From IMG/VR virus record IMGVR_UViG_3300036792_000363, positions 32,001-96,000 of that record: a stretch of 64,000 nt of DNA; one strand, 5' to 3'. This document shows positions 36,669 to 45,171 of this stretch, piece after piece. A model generated the notes under the pieces. That model was not told the DNA's origin, did no database searches, and saw nothing but the letters and a program-made list of their open reading frames with translations. The number at the start of each line of letters is the position of its first letter. Within the stretch, counting starts at the first letter, position 1. This DNA comes from a virus. A program made the translations under genes and the position numbers.

Positions 36669-36675
36669 TAATCGG
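36669..36675 (-). promoter_or_regulatory. Class A promoter CCGATTA for capsid gene
   Basis: Recurrent motif followed by a ~115 nt leader. Confidence 0.65.
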
Positions 36676-36691
36676 CACCAGGGAGGAAGCG

Positions 36692-37453
36692 ATGACTCAA
36701 GGCCGTCTAGCTGACGCGGAACCGCGCGTCTGCGTCATCTGCGGGACCCGGTTCACGCCCGCCCGGCGAAAGCAGGAGGCCTGCCCGGCGTCCACCGGGC
36801 GCACCTGCGCAATCACGCTCTCCAACCAGAAGCGGAGCGGGACGCGCAGTGCCGCGGGCAAGTTCGACAAGCCCGGGGAACGCCTGTGCGACCGATGCGA
36901 GCGGCCTTACCAGCCAGCGCGATTCGACTCCCGGACCTGCGGGGCCGACTGCCCGGGAAGGCCTGACGAGATCCGCGTCTGCGCCAACCCCGACTGCGCC
37001 CTCCGCACTCCTGTCGTCACGCGTGTCGTGGATGGCCGGGAGCTGCGGCCGGGCGAGTACATCGTCAAAGGCGGCAACCGCGGAAAAGCCAGCCAGCGGT
37101 ACTGCTCGAAGAAATGCCGGGACCATGTGGCCCGCATCCGCCAGGGACAGCGGTTCCGCCGGTACGACGGCCTGACCCGCGAGGAGTTCACCTCTGCAGG
37201 GGAGGAGCGCGGCTGGCGATGCGACATCTGCGGCCAGGTCCCGCTCCCGGACTCTCGGCGCATCATGCTCGACGAGCTTCCGTATCTTGTCGTCGACCAC
37301 TGCCACAGGTCAGGCGAGCGCCGCGGGCTGCTCTGCGGGCCGTGCAACACGGCCATCGGGCTCCTGGCTGACGACCCTGACCGCGCTGCCGCGGCAGCGG
37401 CCTACCTCCGGCTGTGGCAAACCCCGGCGGCGGCATCACCGCGCGCCGTATAA
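36692..37453 (+). CDS. Endonuclease VII-like homing endonuclease with Zn fingers
   Basis: Several CxxC pairs; RCDICG...VVDHCH...RGLLCGPCN; ATG 36692 with GGAGG RBS. Confidence 0.8.
   Translation: MTQGRLADAEPRVCVICGTRFTPARRKQEACPASTGRTCAITLSNQKRSGTRSAAGKFDKPGERLCDRCERPYQPARFDSRTCGADCPGRPDEIRVCANPDCALRTPVVTRVVDGRELRPGEYIVKGGNRGKASQRYCSKKCRDHVARIRQGQRFRRYDGLTREEFTSAGEERGWRCDICGQVPLPDSRRIMLDELPYLVVDHCHRSGERRGLLCGPCNTAIGLLADDPDRAAAAAAYLRLWQTPAAASPRAV
37447..37453 (+). promoter_or_regulatory. Class B-like promoter CGTATAA, leaderless (N6-ATG)
   Basis: CGTATAA-GGGGGT-ATG. Confidence 0.45.
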
Positions 37454-37459
37454 GGGGGT

Positions 37460-37828
37460 ATGACCTACATGACCTACCGCCGCGCCGGGGCCCTCGGGCA
37501 GACCCGCGTGCGGCTGACCCGAAGACGCCGCCGGATGCTGCTGGCGCTGCTGGCCGGGGCGGACAACATGCACGCCGAGCGGCTGAGTGCGGCGGCCGGG
37601 GTGTGGTCGGGGACGGTGTACCCGTTCCTGGAGCACCTGGAGAAAGCCGGCTGGGTGGTCCGCCACCGCCGCCGGGTGTACCTGCGCGACGTCTACTGCT
37701 ACGACCTCACCGACGAGGGCCGGGTGCACGCCGCGGGCGCGCTGCTGCTGGTCTTCCCCGGCAAAAGCGAGGCCCGGCCCGGGTTCGCAGCCCCGGGCCG
37801 GGCCTCAACTAGAAGCTTCAGAACATGA
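37460..37828 (+). CDS. PadR-like winged-helix regulator
   Basis: SGTVYPFLEHLEKAGWV...YDLTDEGR. Confidence 0.7.
   Translation: MTYMTYRRAGALGQTRVRLTRRRRRMLLALLAGADNMHAERLSAAAGVWSGTVYPFLEHLEKAGWVVRHRRRVYLRDVYCYDLTDEGRVHAAGALLLVFPGKSEARPGFAAPGRASTRSFRT
37763..37806 (-). terminator. Terminator hairpin after decoration gene
   Basis: 15 bp perfect stem GAGGCCCGGCCCGGG/CCCGGGCCGGGCCTC with a T run on the minus strand. Confidence 0.7.
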
Positions 37829-38510
37829 AGGCGTTGACCCCGATGCCGGTGGGCACCGCGCCCGCGGCCGTCGGCGGCACCCCGTCCATCGGGCCGCCGG
37901 GGAACGGGGCGCCGAGCGAGGCCCCGGACACCGCGCCGCCCCACGGGACGTAGCGCGCCCCCAGCAGCGTCAGCGCCTGGCCGACGCCGGAGCCGACGCC
38001 GTTCTGCAGGATGTTGGTGGTGTCGGTGCCGGAGACCACGTTGCCGTTGAGGATGCCGCGGACCACCACGTTCCCGAGCGCGTCGACCGGGCCCTTGCCC
38101 GCCGGGCTGGGCGGGAACAGGCCGGTGGCGGCGCTGCCCGACAGCGTGATGCCGTCCGGGTTGACGTTGTTGGTGTTGGAGTTGTACGCGCTCAGGCTGG
38201 CCGAGCCGGGGCCGCCGGTGTCGCGCGCGTCGCGCAGCACCCCCACCGGGTTGGCGCGCCCGTCGGTGGCGGCCGCGTTGTAGGCGAAGTAGCGCCCGCT
38301 CGCCGTGTGCCGGGCGATGATGCAGCCGGTCGGCAGGACGCCCTGCCCGGCGGCCAGGGTGACCCCGCGCTGGGTGAACCCGGCGTAGGACAGCAGGAGT
38401 TCCTGGACGGCCTCGGCGTGGAACTCGTCGCCGTAGGGCTGCCCGTACTCATGGGTCGGCTTGCTGTAGCCGGGCGGGTAGTTGAACTCCACGCTGTCGT
38501 TGGCTGGCAT
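37818..38510 (-). CDS. Head decoration protein (lambda D-like)
   Basis: GVTLAAGQGVLPTG...GRYFAY...PVGVL; located between protease and capsid genes. Confidence 0.7.
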   Translation of the reverse strand: MPANDSVEFNYPPGYSKPTHEYGQPYGDEFHAEAVQELLLSYAGFTQRGVTLAAGQGVLPTGCIIARHTASGRYFAYNAAATDGRANPVGVLRDARDTGGPGSASLSAYNSNTNNVNPDGITLSGSAATGLFPPSPAGKGPVDALGNVVVRGILNGNVVSGTDTTNILQNGVGSGVGQALTLLGARYVPWGGAVSGASLGAPFPGGPMDGVPPTAAGAVPTGIGVNAFMF

Positions 38511-38537
38511 TCCCGGTGCTCCTTGTGCTCGGCCCGG

Positions 38538-39656
38538 TTACTTCCGGGTGCCGTCCGGCGTGAAGAACTCGCTGTGCGTGGCGGTCAGGCGCGCCAGTTC
38601 CGCGTCGATGTCCTGCTCCTGCTTCTGCTCCCCGTCAGGCCCGCCGATGCCCTTCTGGTTGTTCAGCGCGACGTACGGGCTGCCGGCGGGGGCGAGGATG
38701 GCGTCCAGGCCGGGGCGGTTGGACAGCGCCATCTGGACGGCGACCTCGCGCGTCTTCGGCAGCAGCCGCCCGGCGGCGATGTACCCGTCCACCTCGGTGC
38801 CCGCGGCGGCCAGCTGCAGCTCGTCCACCTTGGTGCTCAGGCCCCGGTTGTCCGCGGCCAGCTCCACCACCGCGGCGGTCACGTCGGAGAGGGTCAGCTG
38901 CCCGTTGTCGGGGGCGGCCAGCTGCACGCCCGCGGCCTTGACCGCCTCGGTGAAGGCGGCGGTGAGCGCGGCGGCGTCCGGCCCGGCCGGGGGGACGGCG
39001 GCGGCCTGCAGGGCGGCGACGTCGATGCCGTGCTCCGTCTTGAGCTGCGCGAGCAGCTCTTCCTTGGTAAGCGGCACAGGGTCCTCCGGCGCGGCGGTGA
39101 GTACGACGACTTCGCCGTCACTATCGGCCGAGGCCGCCAGGACCTCCTTGTAGTCGTCCAGGCCGGTCACGTACGGGCGGTTGGTGACCGCCACGTGCAG
39201 CAGCGTCGGCCCGGCCTTCTTCCCGGTGGAGCTGTCGGTGTAGTCGGTCGACAGGAACGCCGACGCCCCCAGGTAGGTCTTGCCGAACTTGTCGGCGTCC
39301 TGGCGCGCGTCGATGAGCGCGTACACCTTGTCCCCGCGCGAGCGGATGCCGACCACCTCGCCCAGGTTGGCGGCCGGGCCCTCGACGTGCTTGTTGTCGT
39401 CGTTGGCGAGCGGCACCTGCACGATGTCGCAGGTGCCCCTGGCGAAGTTGTCCTGCATCGCCGCCACGAACGCGTCGTCGATGTTGATCTTCGCCCCGGT
39501 CTTCGGGTGCAGCAGCGTGCCCTTGTTGAGGATGTGCTTCTCGAACAGCCGGCCCTGCACCCGGCGCTCGCGCGCCAGCGCCACCGGGACGTCGGCCACC
39601 GGCCGGAAGGTGTCCGCCCCCGCCGGGGCCGGGACGATGTAGCGCAGGTCATCCAT
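38538..39656 (-). CDS. Capsid maturation protease / scaffold (Mu I-like)
   Basis: VPLANDDNKH...GEVVGI...LLHVAVTNRPYVTGL followed by a helical scaffold-like C-terminus. Confidence 0.75.
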   Translation of the reverse strand: MDDLRYIVPAPAGADTFRPVADVPVALARERRVQGRLFEKHILNKGTLLHPKTGAKINIDDAFVAAMQDNFARGTCDIVQVPLANDDNKHVEGPAANLGEVVGIRSRGDKVYALIDARQDADKFGKTYLGASAFLSTDYTDSSTGKKAGPTLLHVAVTNRPYVTGLDDYKEVLAASADSDGEVVVLTAAPEDPVPLTKEELLAQLKTEHGIDVAALQAAAVPPAGPDAAALTAAFTEAVKAAGVQLAAPDNGQLTLSDVTAAVVELAADNRGLSTKVDELQLAAAGTEVDGYIAAGRLLPKTREVAVQMALSNRPGLDAILAPAGSPYVALNNQKGIGGPDGEQKQEQDIDAELARLTATHSEFFTPDGTRK

Positions 39657-39662
39657 GCGCCG

Positions 39663-39791
39663 TTAATCGGATGACGGCTCCCGGTTCACCGGCAGCGGGC
39701 ACGCGCTGAGCAGGCGCAGGAAGTCGAAATCGGGCTCCAGGGTGTACCCGGGCTCCCCGTCGTCGCCCGGCCATTCCCTGGTGAACGTCAC
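39663..39791 (-). CDS. Hypothetical protein
   Basis: 42 aa; GTGA overlap. Confidence 0.4.
   Translation of the reverse strand: MTFTREWPGDDGEPGYTLEPDFDFLRLLSACPLPVNREPSSD
39664..39670 (-). promoter_or_regulatory. Class A promoter, leaderless (N7-ATG)
   Basis: CCGATTA-ACGGCGC-ATG. Confidence 0.7.
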
Positions 39792-40009
39792 CGCCCGGCC
39801 TCCCCGACCGCGACGGCGGCCTGCTTCAGCAGCTCCGCCGCCTGGGCGACCTTCCCCAGGCGGGCCAGGGCCTCCGCCCGGGCCACCAGGTCCTCCGCCT
39901 CCGCCAGCCCGAGCCCCGCCAGCCGCCGCCTCATGTCGGACAGCATGGCGGCCACCTGGTCCCCCGGCAGCGCCGTCACCCCGTGACGGCGGCTGAACGT
40001 TCCCGGCAT
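39788..40009 (-). CDS. Hypothetical helical protein
   Basis: 73 aa; AGGAGG RBS. Confidence 0.55.
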   Translation of the reverse strand: MPGTFSRRHGVTALPGDQVAAMLSDMRRRLAGLGLAEAEDLVARAEALARLGKVAQAAELLKQAAVAVGEAGR

Positions 40010-40098
40010 GGACCCCTCCTGCTTGACTTGAGTCTAGTATTTCGGGCAGTATGGGCCTCGGCAACCAATAGCGCAATTTCTACCGCAGGAGGCTACGC

Positions 40099-40215
40099 AT
40101 GGGACCATCATTCGCCAACGGGCCGAGCGACGGCAAGCCGCGCGAGGTGGCGGCGTCCGAGACCACCTTCTGGCACTTCGCCCACGGCACCAACCCGGGG
40201 GTCTACGCCAGCTAG
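40099..40215 (+). CDS. Small peptide (38 aa)
   Basis: AGGAGG-N6-ATG; MGPSFANGPSDGKPREVAASETTFWHFAHGTNPGVYAS; AT-richer promoter-like DNA upstream. Confidence 0.55.
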   Translation: MGPSFANGPSDGKPREVAASETTFWHFAHGTNPGVYAS

Positions 40216-40355
40216 GCTGATTCAGCCTCATCATGCGGCGGGGAGTCCACCACGGGCTCCCCGCCGTTGTCGTCCCCGGGCAGGGCGGCCTCCTCCGGCG
40301 CCCTGGCGGGCGGCGTCACCCAGGCCGGCTCGCGCAGCGTCCACTCGGAATCCAC
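40212..40355 (-). CDS. Small acidic protein
   Basis: 47 aa; GTG 7 nt after the class A motif. Confidence 0.45.
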   Translation of the reverse strand: MDSEWTLREPAWVTPPARAPEEAALPGDDNGGEPVVDSPPHDEAESA

Positions 40356-40361
40356 GCCGGG

Positions 40362-40589
40362 CTAATCGTGCTCGGCCAGGCCGGGGATCTGCGCCAGCAC
40401 CGCCGCGGCCGCCTCCAGGTCCTCCGGGCTGCCCGACACCACCAGGCCGCCGTCGCGCATCGACGCGACGTCCAGCGGCCCGTAGGCGTAGCTCACCGGG
40501 TGGGTGCGGGCGTACTCGAACAGGTTGATGACCGCCAGCGCGTAGGAGAGGGTGCTGTCCCCGAACCACTGGCGTGTCTGGTCAGCCAC
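40362..40589 (-). CDS. Hypothetical protein
   Basis: 75 aa GC3-biased ORF. Confidence 0.55.
   Translation of the reverse strand: MADQTRQWFGDSTLSYALAVINLFEYARTHPVSYAYGPLDVASMRDGGLVVSGSPEDLEAAAAVLAQIPGLAEHD
40363..40369 (-). promoter_or_regulatory. Class A promoter variant, leaderless (N7-GTG)
   Basis: ACGATTA-GCCCGGC-GTG. Confidence 0.55.
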
Positions 40590-41583
40590 TTCCCCCTGCC
40601 AGTCTCTTCAGTACCAGGTCCAGCTGGTGGGCCGCGGCCTGCAGGAACGCCAGGTCGGCCTGGTAGGCCTCCTCCGGCATGTCCCTGACGTCCTCCGCCG
40701 ACACGAACCCGGCCGGCTCGGCGGGGGTCACGACGGCGGCCGCCCCTCCGGCCCGGACGATCTCCAGCCAGCACCGGCAGAACGGGTGGAGGAGAGGGCC
40801 CTGCAGCTGCCCGTGGTACAGGCGGGGCGGGTGCGTGTAGATGATACGCGCGCCCGTCGGCAGGCCGTACCTGCGCTCCCCCGCCGGGGTGGCCACCCTG
40901 CGCTCGGTCCGCTGCGGCAGCGCCACCGCGGTGCCCAGGTAGGGGGCGAAGCTCTCGCGCAGGCCAATCGTCACCCCGTTCAGGCGCCGGCACCAGACGC
41001 AGCAGGACGGGCTCTCCACGTGCGCCCGCCAGCGCTTCATCAGCCGCTCGCCCCGCGCCTCGCGGGCGTAGGCATCCGCCAGCGTCGCCGCGGTGCCTCC
41101 GTGGCCCGCCGCCACGCTGGCCGTCATCCGCGCGCGCAGCGCCGCCTTCCGGGCCCAGGCGAGGATCGCGTCCCGCACCGCGGTGCCGCGCTCCTCCGCC
41201 GCCCGGGCCGACGGGTGGTCCCCCGGCTGGGTGACGCCGCGGACGAACCGGGCCGGGCCGACCGACGCGTGCGCGGTGCGCGTCAGCCCGCGCAGGTGGG
41301 GCAGGGCGTCGAAGATCCGGTCGACGTCGGCCAGCAGGTGGCCCAGCGTGGCGTCCTCGCCCGAGCCCCCGGCGTCGTACCAGGCCTGGCGGACCGCCTC
41401 CTCGGCCGCGGAGCGCGCCGTCTCCAGAGCCCCCGACAGCACCGCGTCGACGTCGGGCCGGGCCAGCATCGCGTCGGCCGACCCGAGCGGGTTGACCCGG
41501 GTGACCAGGGCGAGGTACCCGGCCGCCTCGGCCATGGCCGTGGTGATGGCGTCGGCCAGCTGGCGCTCCGCTGCCTCAGCCAT
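40582..41583 (-). CDS. Minor head protein (Mu gpF-like)
   Basis: KRW...CCVWCRRLNG...LLHPFCRC. Confidence 0.75.
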   Translation of the reverse strand: MAEAAERQLADAITTAMAEAAGYLALVTRVNPLGSADAMLARPDVDAVLSGALETARSAAEEAVRQAWYDAGGSGEDATLGHLLADVDRIFDALPHLRGLTRTAHASVGPARFVRGVTQPGDHPSARAAEERGTAVRDAILAWARKAALRARMTASVAAGHGGTAATLADAYAREARGERLMKRWRAHVESPSCCVWCRRLNGVTIGLRESFAPYLGTAVALPQRTERRVATPAGERRYGLPTGARIIYTHPPRLYHGQLQGPLLHPFCRCWLEIVRAGGAAAVVTPAEPAGFVSAEDVRDMPEEAYQADLAFLQAAAHQLDLVLKRLAGGSG

Positions 41584-42052
41584 GTAACTCGGGGTTCAGC
41601 TCGCCCCGGAACGACGTGCGGCGGTCCTCCGCGGTGGAGACCACCGTGACCAGGTAGGGGTCCCATCCCGGCTTGTGCACGGGCGCGTACGGGCGGGCGA
41701 GGATCTCGGCCTCCTCCCCGGCGCGCGCGAACGCGAAGTCCTCCATCCGCTCGTGGGTGTCGACGTCGCCCAGCCGCTCGAACAGCCAGCGGGTCCACGA
41801 GTCCCGGTTGTAGGTGGCGGCCGGCACCGCGAAGTAGTGGTTGACGGCGATCACGCGCTCGGGGTGGTAGGTGTCGCGCCCGCACCGCTGCACCACCAGC
41901 GTCATCCCGCGCGCCTCCCCGGTGTGGCGGCCCGGCTTGTCCCGCTGCAGGTCGTCGTCCAGCCAGACCAGCCAGCCGAGGTCCCGGCGGTAGCGCAGGC
42001 GCTCGACCAGATCGGCCAGTTCGATCGGGTACGGCGCGGTCTGGCTCATCAT
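41576..42052 (-). CDS. Hypothetical protein
   Basis: APYPIELADLV...VPAATYNRDSW...PGWDPY; GC3-biased. Confidence 0.65.
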   Translation of the reverse strand: MMSQTAPYPIELADLVERLRYRRDLGWLVWLDDDLQRDKPGRHTGEARGMTLVVQRCGRDTYHPERVIAVNHYFAVPAATYNRDSWTRWLFERLGDVDTHERMEDFAFARAGEEAEILARPYAPVHKPGWDPYLVTVVSTAEDRRTSFRGELNPELHG

Positions 42053-42057
42053 CTCGG

Positions 42058-42351
42058 TCACCGACCGGAAATCGGCGGGCGGGGCGGCTGCGCGGGCGGC
42101 AGCATGCCCGGCGCCTGCCCGGTCGGGTTCAGGTGCTGGTAGGCGTGACCGGAGATGGCGTCGCCGGGCAGCGTCGCCAGGTACCCGCCCAGCCCCGGGT
42201 AGACGGCCGCCGCGCCGGCGGGGGCGGGGCCCGGCGGGGCGGGAGCCGGGGCGGCCTGCGGCGGCCCCGCCAGCTCCAGCGCCCGCCCCGCGCTGATCTC
42301 CTCCACCAGGTCGCGGGCGAGCGCCATCAGCGCCTCGTGCGGCCCGCTCAC
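42058..42351 (-). CDS. Pro/Ala-rich hypothetical protein
   Basis: 97 aa; GTGA overlap with portal. Confidence 0.5.
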   Translation of the reverse strand: MSGPHEALMALARDLVEEISAGRALELAGPPQAAPAPAPPGPAPAGAAAVYPGLGGYLATLPGDAISGHAYQHLNPTGQAPGMLPPAQPPRPPISGR

Positions 42352-43955
42352 GACCCGCCCAGCCCGTTCCCCTTGGGCCCGGCGCTGATGGCGCTGCCGC
42401 CGGAGGCCGACGTGCCGGTGGCCTGCGTGCCGACCGGCACCTTGATGTGGATGGCGGGCGGCTGGCGCGACCCGGACGGGCTGCCCGCCCCCGTCGGAGG
42501 CTGCTGCTGGGCCTGCTGCGCGGCGGCCTTCGCCTGCTGCGCCATCTGGCGCTGCATCGTCTTCGCCTGCTGCTCGCGCTGCTCCTGGATCGTGTCGTAG
42601 TCCAGGTCGAAGCCGAAGTCCTGGGCCATCCGCTCCTCAAGCGCCAGCATGAACTCGGGGGTGACGTTCGCCTGCGGGCCGGCCTGGGACAGCTTGTCGA
42701 ACGTGTCCTGGATCGCGCCCTTCTGCTCCTTGGTGAGCGGGCCCCACTTGAACTGCGGGTACTTCTGCGAGCCGAAATTCCAGTCGACGAACCGCGGGAA
42801 GATGTGGTCGTTGATGATCTGCGCCATCTCCTCCAGGATGCCCTCAAGCATCAGGAAGAAGGTGACGTCATCCTGCTGGCCGAAGTCGACCATCCGCGAG
42901 TCGCCCTGGCCGCCGCCGGTCGAGTCGTCGAACCACTGGGCCAGCACCGACTTGGACATCTGGCTGTTGTGGTGGTTGATCAGGCCCAGGAAGTCGAACC
43001 GCCCGGCCGCCTCGTTGAGCGTCTGCACGGTCCAGTCGGCGGTGGGCACCGCGATGTACTGGGCGAGGCCGAGCTGGGCGAGCGCGCGGATGAAGTTGCT
43101 CTTGTCCTCGGCCGGGGCGTTCGGCACCATCGTGCCCACCCGCAGGCCCACCGCCGCCCGCTGCGCGGCCAGGTGGGCGATGTAGTAGAGCTTCTCCTTC
43201 TTGTCGTAGTGGTAGAAGGCGCTCTCGAACATCGAGACCCCGTAGAACGGCCGCTCCGCCTCCTCGTGGGCGTAGTAGAGCGCCGTCTCCTTGGCGATCT
43301 TCACGTCGATGGTGCGGCCCTGGAAGAACGTCCGCTGCCGGAACCCGTTGAACTCGCCCTGCCCGTCGAGCAGGAAGGTGAGGGTCTCGCTCGGCCGCCA
43401 GTCGAGCTTGCGGAGCGTGTACTTGCCCTTGTTCGGCCCCGTGTCGGGCTGCCAGTACACCATCTCCCAGGCGGAGAACCCGTTGAACAGGGCCAGCAGC
43501 ATCTGCTTGACGAACCGGTCGAAGCTGTGGGTCATGCCCCCCTGCGAGCGCGGCGCGAACAGCAGGTCCTTGCAGAACCTCGCCTCCTCCACCCCGCCGG
43601 TCACGCCGTCGGCCGGCACCACGTCCGCGTTCTTCATCGCCGCCAGCAGCGGCTTGGTCAGCAGCCGGTACAGCGCCCGCGCCTGGCCGTCCCGGCGGCG
43701 CATGGTGACCAGCTGGCGGATCGAAACCGGGTCGTCCCTGAAGACTTCCCAGCTGTCGCGGTACGGGGTGGCGAACGGGAGGAAGTACGGGACGCCGGTG
43801 GCGAAGTTGAGCGCCTCGTCGGGCGGCTGGACCAGCTCCTGGTCGTCGGCCAGGCGGTAGCCCTCCTGGCCGTAGCCCTGGGTGGAGACGCCCATCCCGC
43901 CGGGCGGGGCCATGCTGGAGGGTGAGCTGCCCTGCCCGCCGCCTGGAGTGGTCAC
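42348..43955 (-). CDS. Portal protein (DUF935 / Mu gp29-like)
   Basis: MRRRDGQ, GFSAWEMVY, PFYGVSMFESAFY, QMSKSVLAQ; located between terminase and gpF-like gene. Confidence 0.85.
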   Translation of the reverse strand: MTTPGGGQGSSPSSMAPPGGMGVSTQGYGQEGYRLADDQELVQPPDEALNFATGVPYFLPFATPYRDSWEVFRDDPVSIRQLVTMRRRDGQARALYRLLTKPLLAAMKNADVVPADGVTGGVEEARFCKDLLFAPRSQGGMTHSFDRFVKQMLLALFNGFSAWEMVYWQPDTGPNKGKYTLRKLDWRPSETLTFLLDGQGEFNGFRQRTFFQGRTIDVKIAKETALYYAHEEAERPFYGVSMFESAFYHYDKKEKLYYIAHLAAQRAAVGLRVGTMVPNAPAEDKSNFIRALAQLGLAQYIAVPTADWTVQTLNEAAGRFDFLGLINHHNSQMSKSVLAQWFDDSTGGGQGDSRMVDFGQQDDVTFFLMLEGILEEMAQIINDHIFPRFVDWNFGSQKYPQFKWGPLTKEQKGAIQDTFDKLSQAGPQANVTPEFMLALEERMAQDFGFDLDYDTIQEQREQQAKTMQRQMAQQAKAAAQQAQQQPPTGAGSPSGSRQPPAIHIKVPVGTQATGTSASGGSAISAGPKGNGLGGS

Positions 43956-43962
43956 ACCGTTC

Positions 43963-43969
43963 TAATCGG
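43963..43969 (-). promoter_or_regulatory. Class A promoter, leaderless (N7-GTG)
   Basis: CCGATTA-GAACGGT-GTG. Confidence 0.7.
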
Positions 43970-43971
43970 GG

Positions 43972-44301
43972 CTACGCTCCGCCCGCGGGCTTGGCCCGGG
44001 GGCCTCGGCCCGGCCCGGCGTGCTTCTCCTCGTCGTCCGGCTTGTCGTCCCCGGCCGGGGCGTCGATGATGCCGGCCAGGTTGGCCGCGGTCACGAACAG
44101 GTGGCGGCCGTCGTGCCCCTTCACCTGCAGGCCGATGAAGTTGCCCGCCTCGACCGCCAGCGTCACCTCGCTGCTGGGGACGCGGACCTCCTCGACCCCG
44201 CCCACCGGCTTGATGAGGGTGACGACGACATCGCCCTGCTGCGCGCCGGGGGCGTTGCCGGCCTCGGCCATGAACTTGTGCCACATCGGCTGAAGATGCA
44301 T
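43972..44301 (-). CDS. Hypothetical protein
   Basis: 109 aa; leaderless. Confidence 0.6.
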   Translation of the reverse strand: MHLQPMWHKFMAEAGNAPGAQQGDVVVTLIKPVGGVEEVRVPSSEVTLAVEAGNFIGLQVKGHDGRHLFVTAANLAGIIDAPAGDDKPDDEEKHAGPGRGPRAKPAGGA

Positions 44302-44308
44302 GCCGGCG

Positions 44309-44315
44309 TAATCGG
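44309..44315 (-). promoter_or_regulatory. Class A promoter, leaderless (N7-ATG)
   Basis: CCGATTA-CGCCGGC-ATG. Confidence 0.7.
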
Positions 44316-44333
44316 CTCCGCTACGCTGCCGTG

Positions 44334-44666
44334 GTGAACCTGCCCGCGCCGGTGCCCGAGCCGGACTTCGAGGACGCCCTCTCCCGGCCCGACTTCGTGC
44401 TGTTCGGCATCACCGACCCGCTGGGCGGGGTGATCCTGTTCGCGAGCAAGGAACTCACCAAGGCGAAGCTGGAGAGCAAGGTCGTCGGGCTGGAGGTCGT
44501 CCCCCTCGGCCCGATCGTGAAAGCGCGCGTCGCCGACCGGCGGACCACCCTGTACGCGGAGTTCAAGAACTTCACCATGATCCGCGCCGAGACCTACCCC
44601 GAGGCCTTCCGCTCGCTGATGAGCACCTGGCGGCCCCCGGACCCGCGGCGGGCGCTGCCGCAGTAA
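44334..44666 (+). CDS. Hypothetical protein
   Basis: GC3-biased + strand ORF; TACGCT -10-like box 6 nt before the GTG. Confidence 0.6.
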   Translation: MNLPAPVPEPDFEDALSRPDFVLFGITDPLGGVILFASKELTKAKLESKVVGLEVVPLGPIVKARVADRRTTLYAEFKNFTMIRAETYPEAFRSLMSTWRPPDPRRALPQ

Positions 44667-44690
44667 GACCACGGCGGTGAGCATCGAGGG

Positions 44691-44763
44691 TGGCCCTGGC
44701 TGGACTCGAACCAGCGCCGTACCGCTTAGGGGGCGGCCGCTCTGTCCACTGAGCTACAGGGTC
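44691..44763 (-). tRNA. tRNA-Arg(CCT), C33
   Basis: Cloverleaf; anticodon loop CCCCTAA. Confidence 0.85.
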
Positions 44764-44764
44764 C

Positions 44765-44841
44765 TGGAGGCGGCACCCGGAATTGAACCGGGGTCCATGA
44801 CGCTTTGCAGGCGACTGCCTAGTCCTCTCGGCCATACCGCC
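44765..44841 (-). tRNA. tRNA-Cys(GCA)
   Basis: Loop CTGCAAA; encoded CCA. Confidence 0.9.
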
Positions 44842-44852
44842 AGGTAATTGCG

Positions 44853-44926
44853 TGCGCCCGGAGGGACTCGAACCCCCGGCCTGCTGCTTCGGAAGCAGCC
44901 GCTCTACTCCACTGAGCTACGAGCGC
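44853..44926 (-). tRNA. tRNA-Arg(CCG)
   Basis: Loop TTCCGAA. Confidence 0.9.
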
Positions 44927-44927
44927 G

Positions 44928-45014
44928 TGGTGGCAGAACCAGGTGTCGGGCCTGGTATGTCCCGAAGGACGACGGCTTTACAGGCCGCTGAGCGTGCCGC
45001 CGCTCACTTCTGCC
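44928..45014 (-). tRNA. tRNA-Tyr(GTA), atypical T loop
   Basis: Loop CTGTAAA, long variable arm, CCA; T loop reads CCCGACA. Confidence 0.75.
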
Positions 45015-45015
45015 T

Positions 45016-45091
45016 TGGGGTGAGATACGGGAGTTGAACCCGCCTTGCGGGGTCCACGGCCCCGCGCCTTCCCTCGACGGCAAATCCCACC
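45016..45091 (-). tRNA. tRNA-His(GTG), C33
   Basis: Loop CCGTGGA; G-1; CCA. Confidence 0.85.
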
Positions 45092-45098
45092 ATGTGAA

Positions 45099-45166
45099 CT
45101 GGCAGGGGGCGGACTTGAACCGCCAGTCCCTCGTCAGGTCCCGGATCCGCGCCGGGCTCCTGCCAG
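45099..45166 (-). ncRNA. tRNA-like RNA with truncated anticodon arm
   Basis: Acceptor-like stem, D-like hairpin and canonical T arm GGCGG-TTCAAGT-CCGCC; only a 3 bp CCT-GACG-AGG hairpin at the anticodon position. Confidence 0.5.
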
Positions 45167-45171
45167 CTGCG

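Noticed and set aside
40034-40110. Cys-rich peptide MVPCVASCGRNCAIGCRGPYCPKY with SCIFF-like CX3C spacing
   Set aside because: AT-rich codons, no RBS, and it lies antisense to the promoter and RBS of the + strand peptide; most likely chance.
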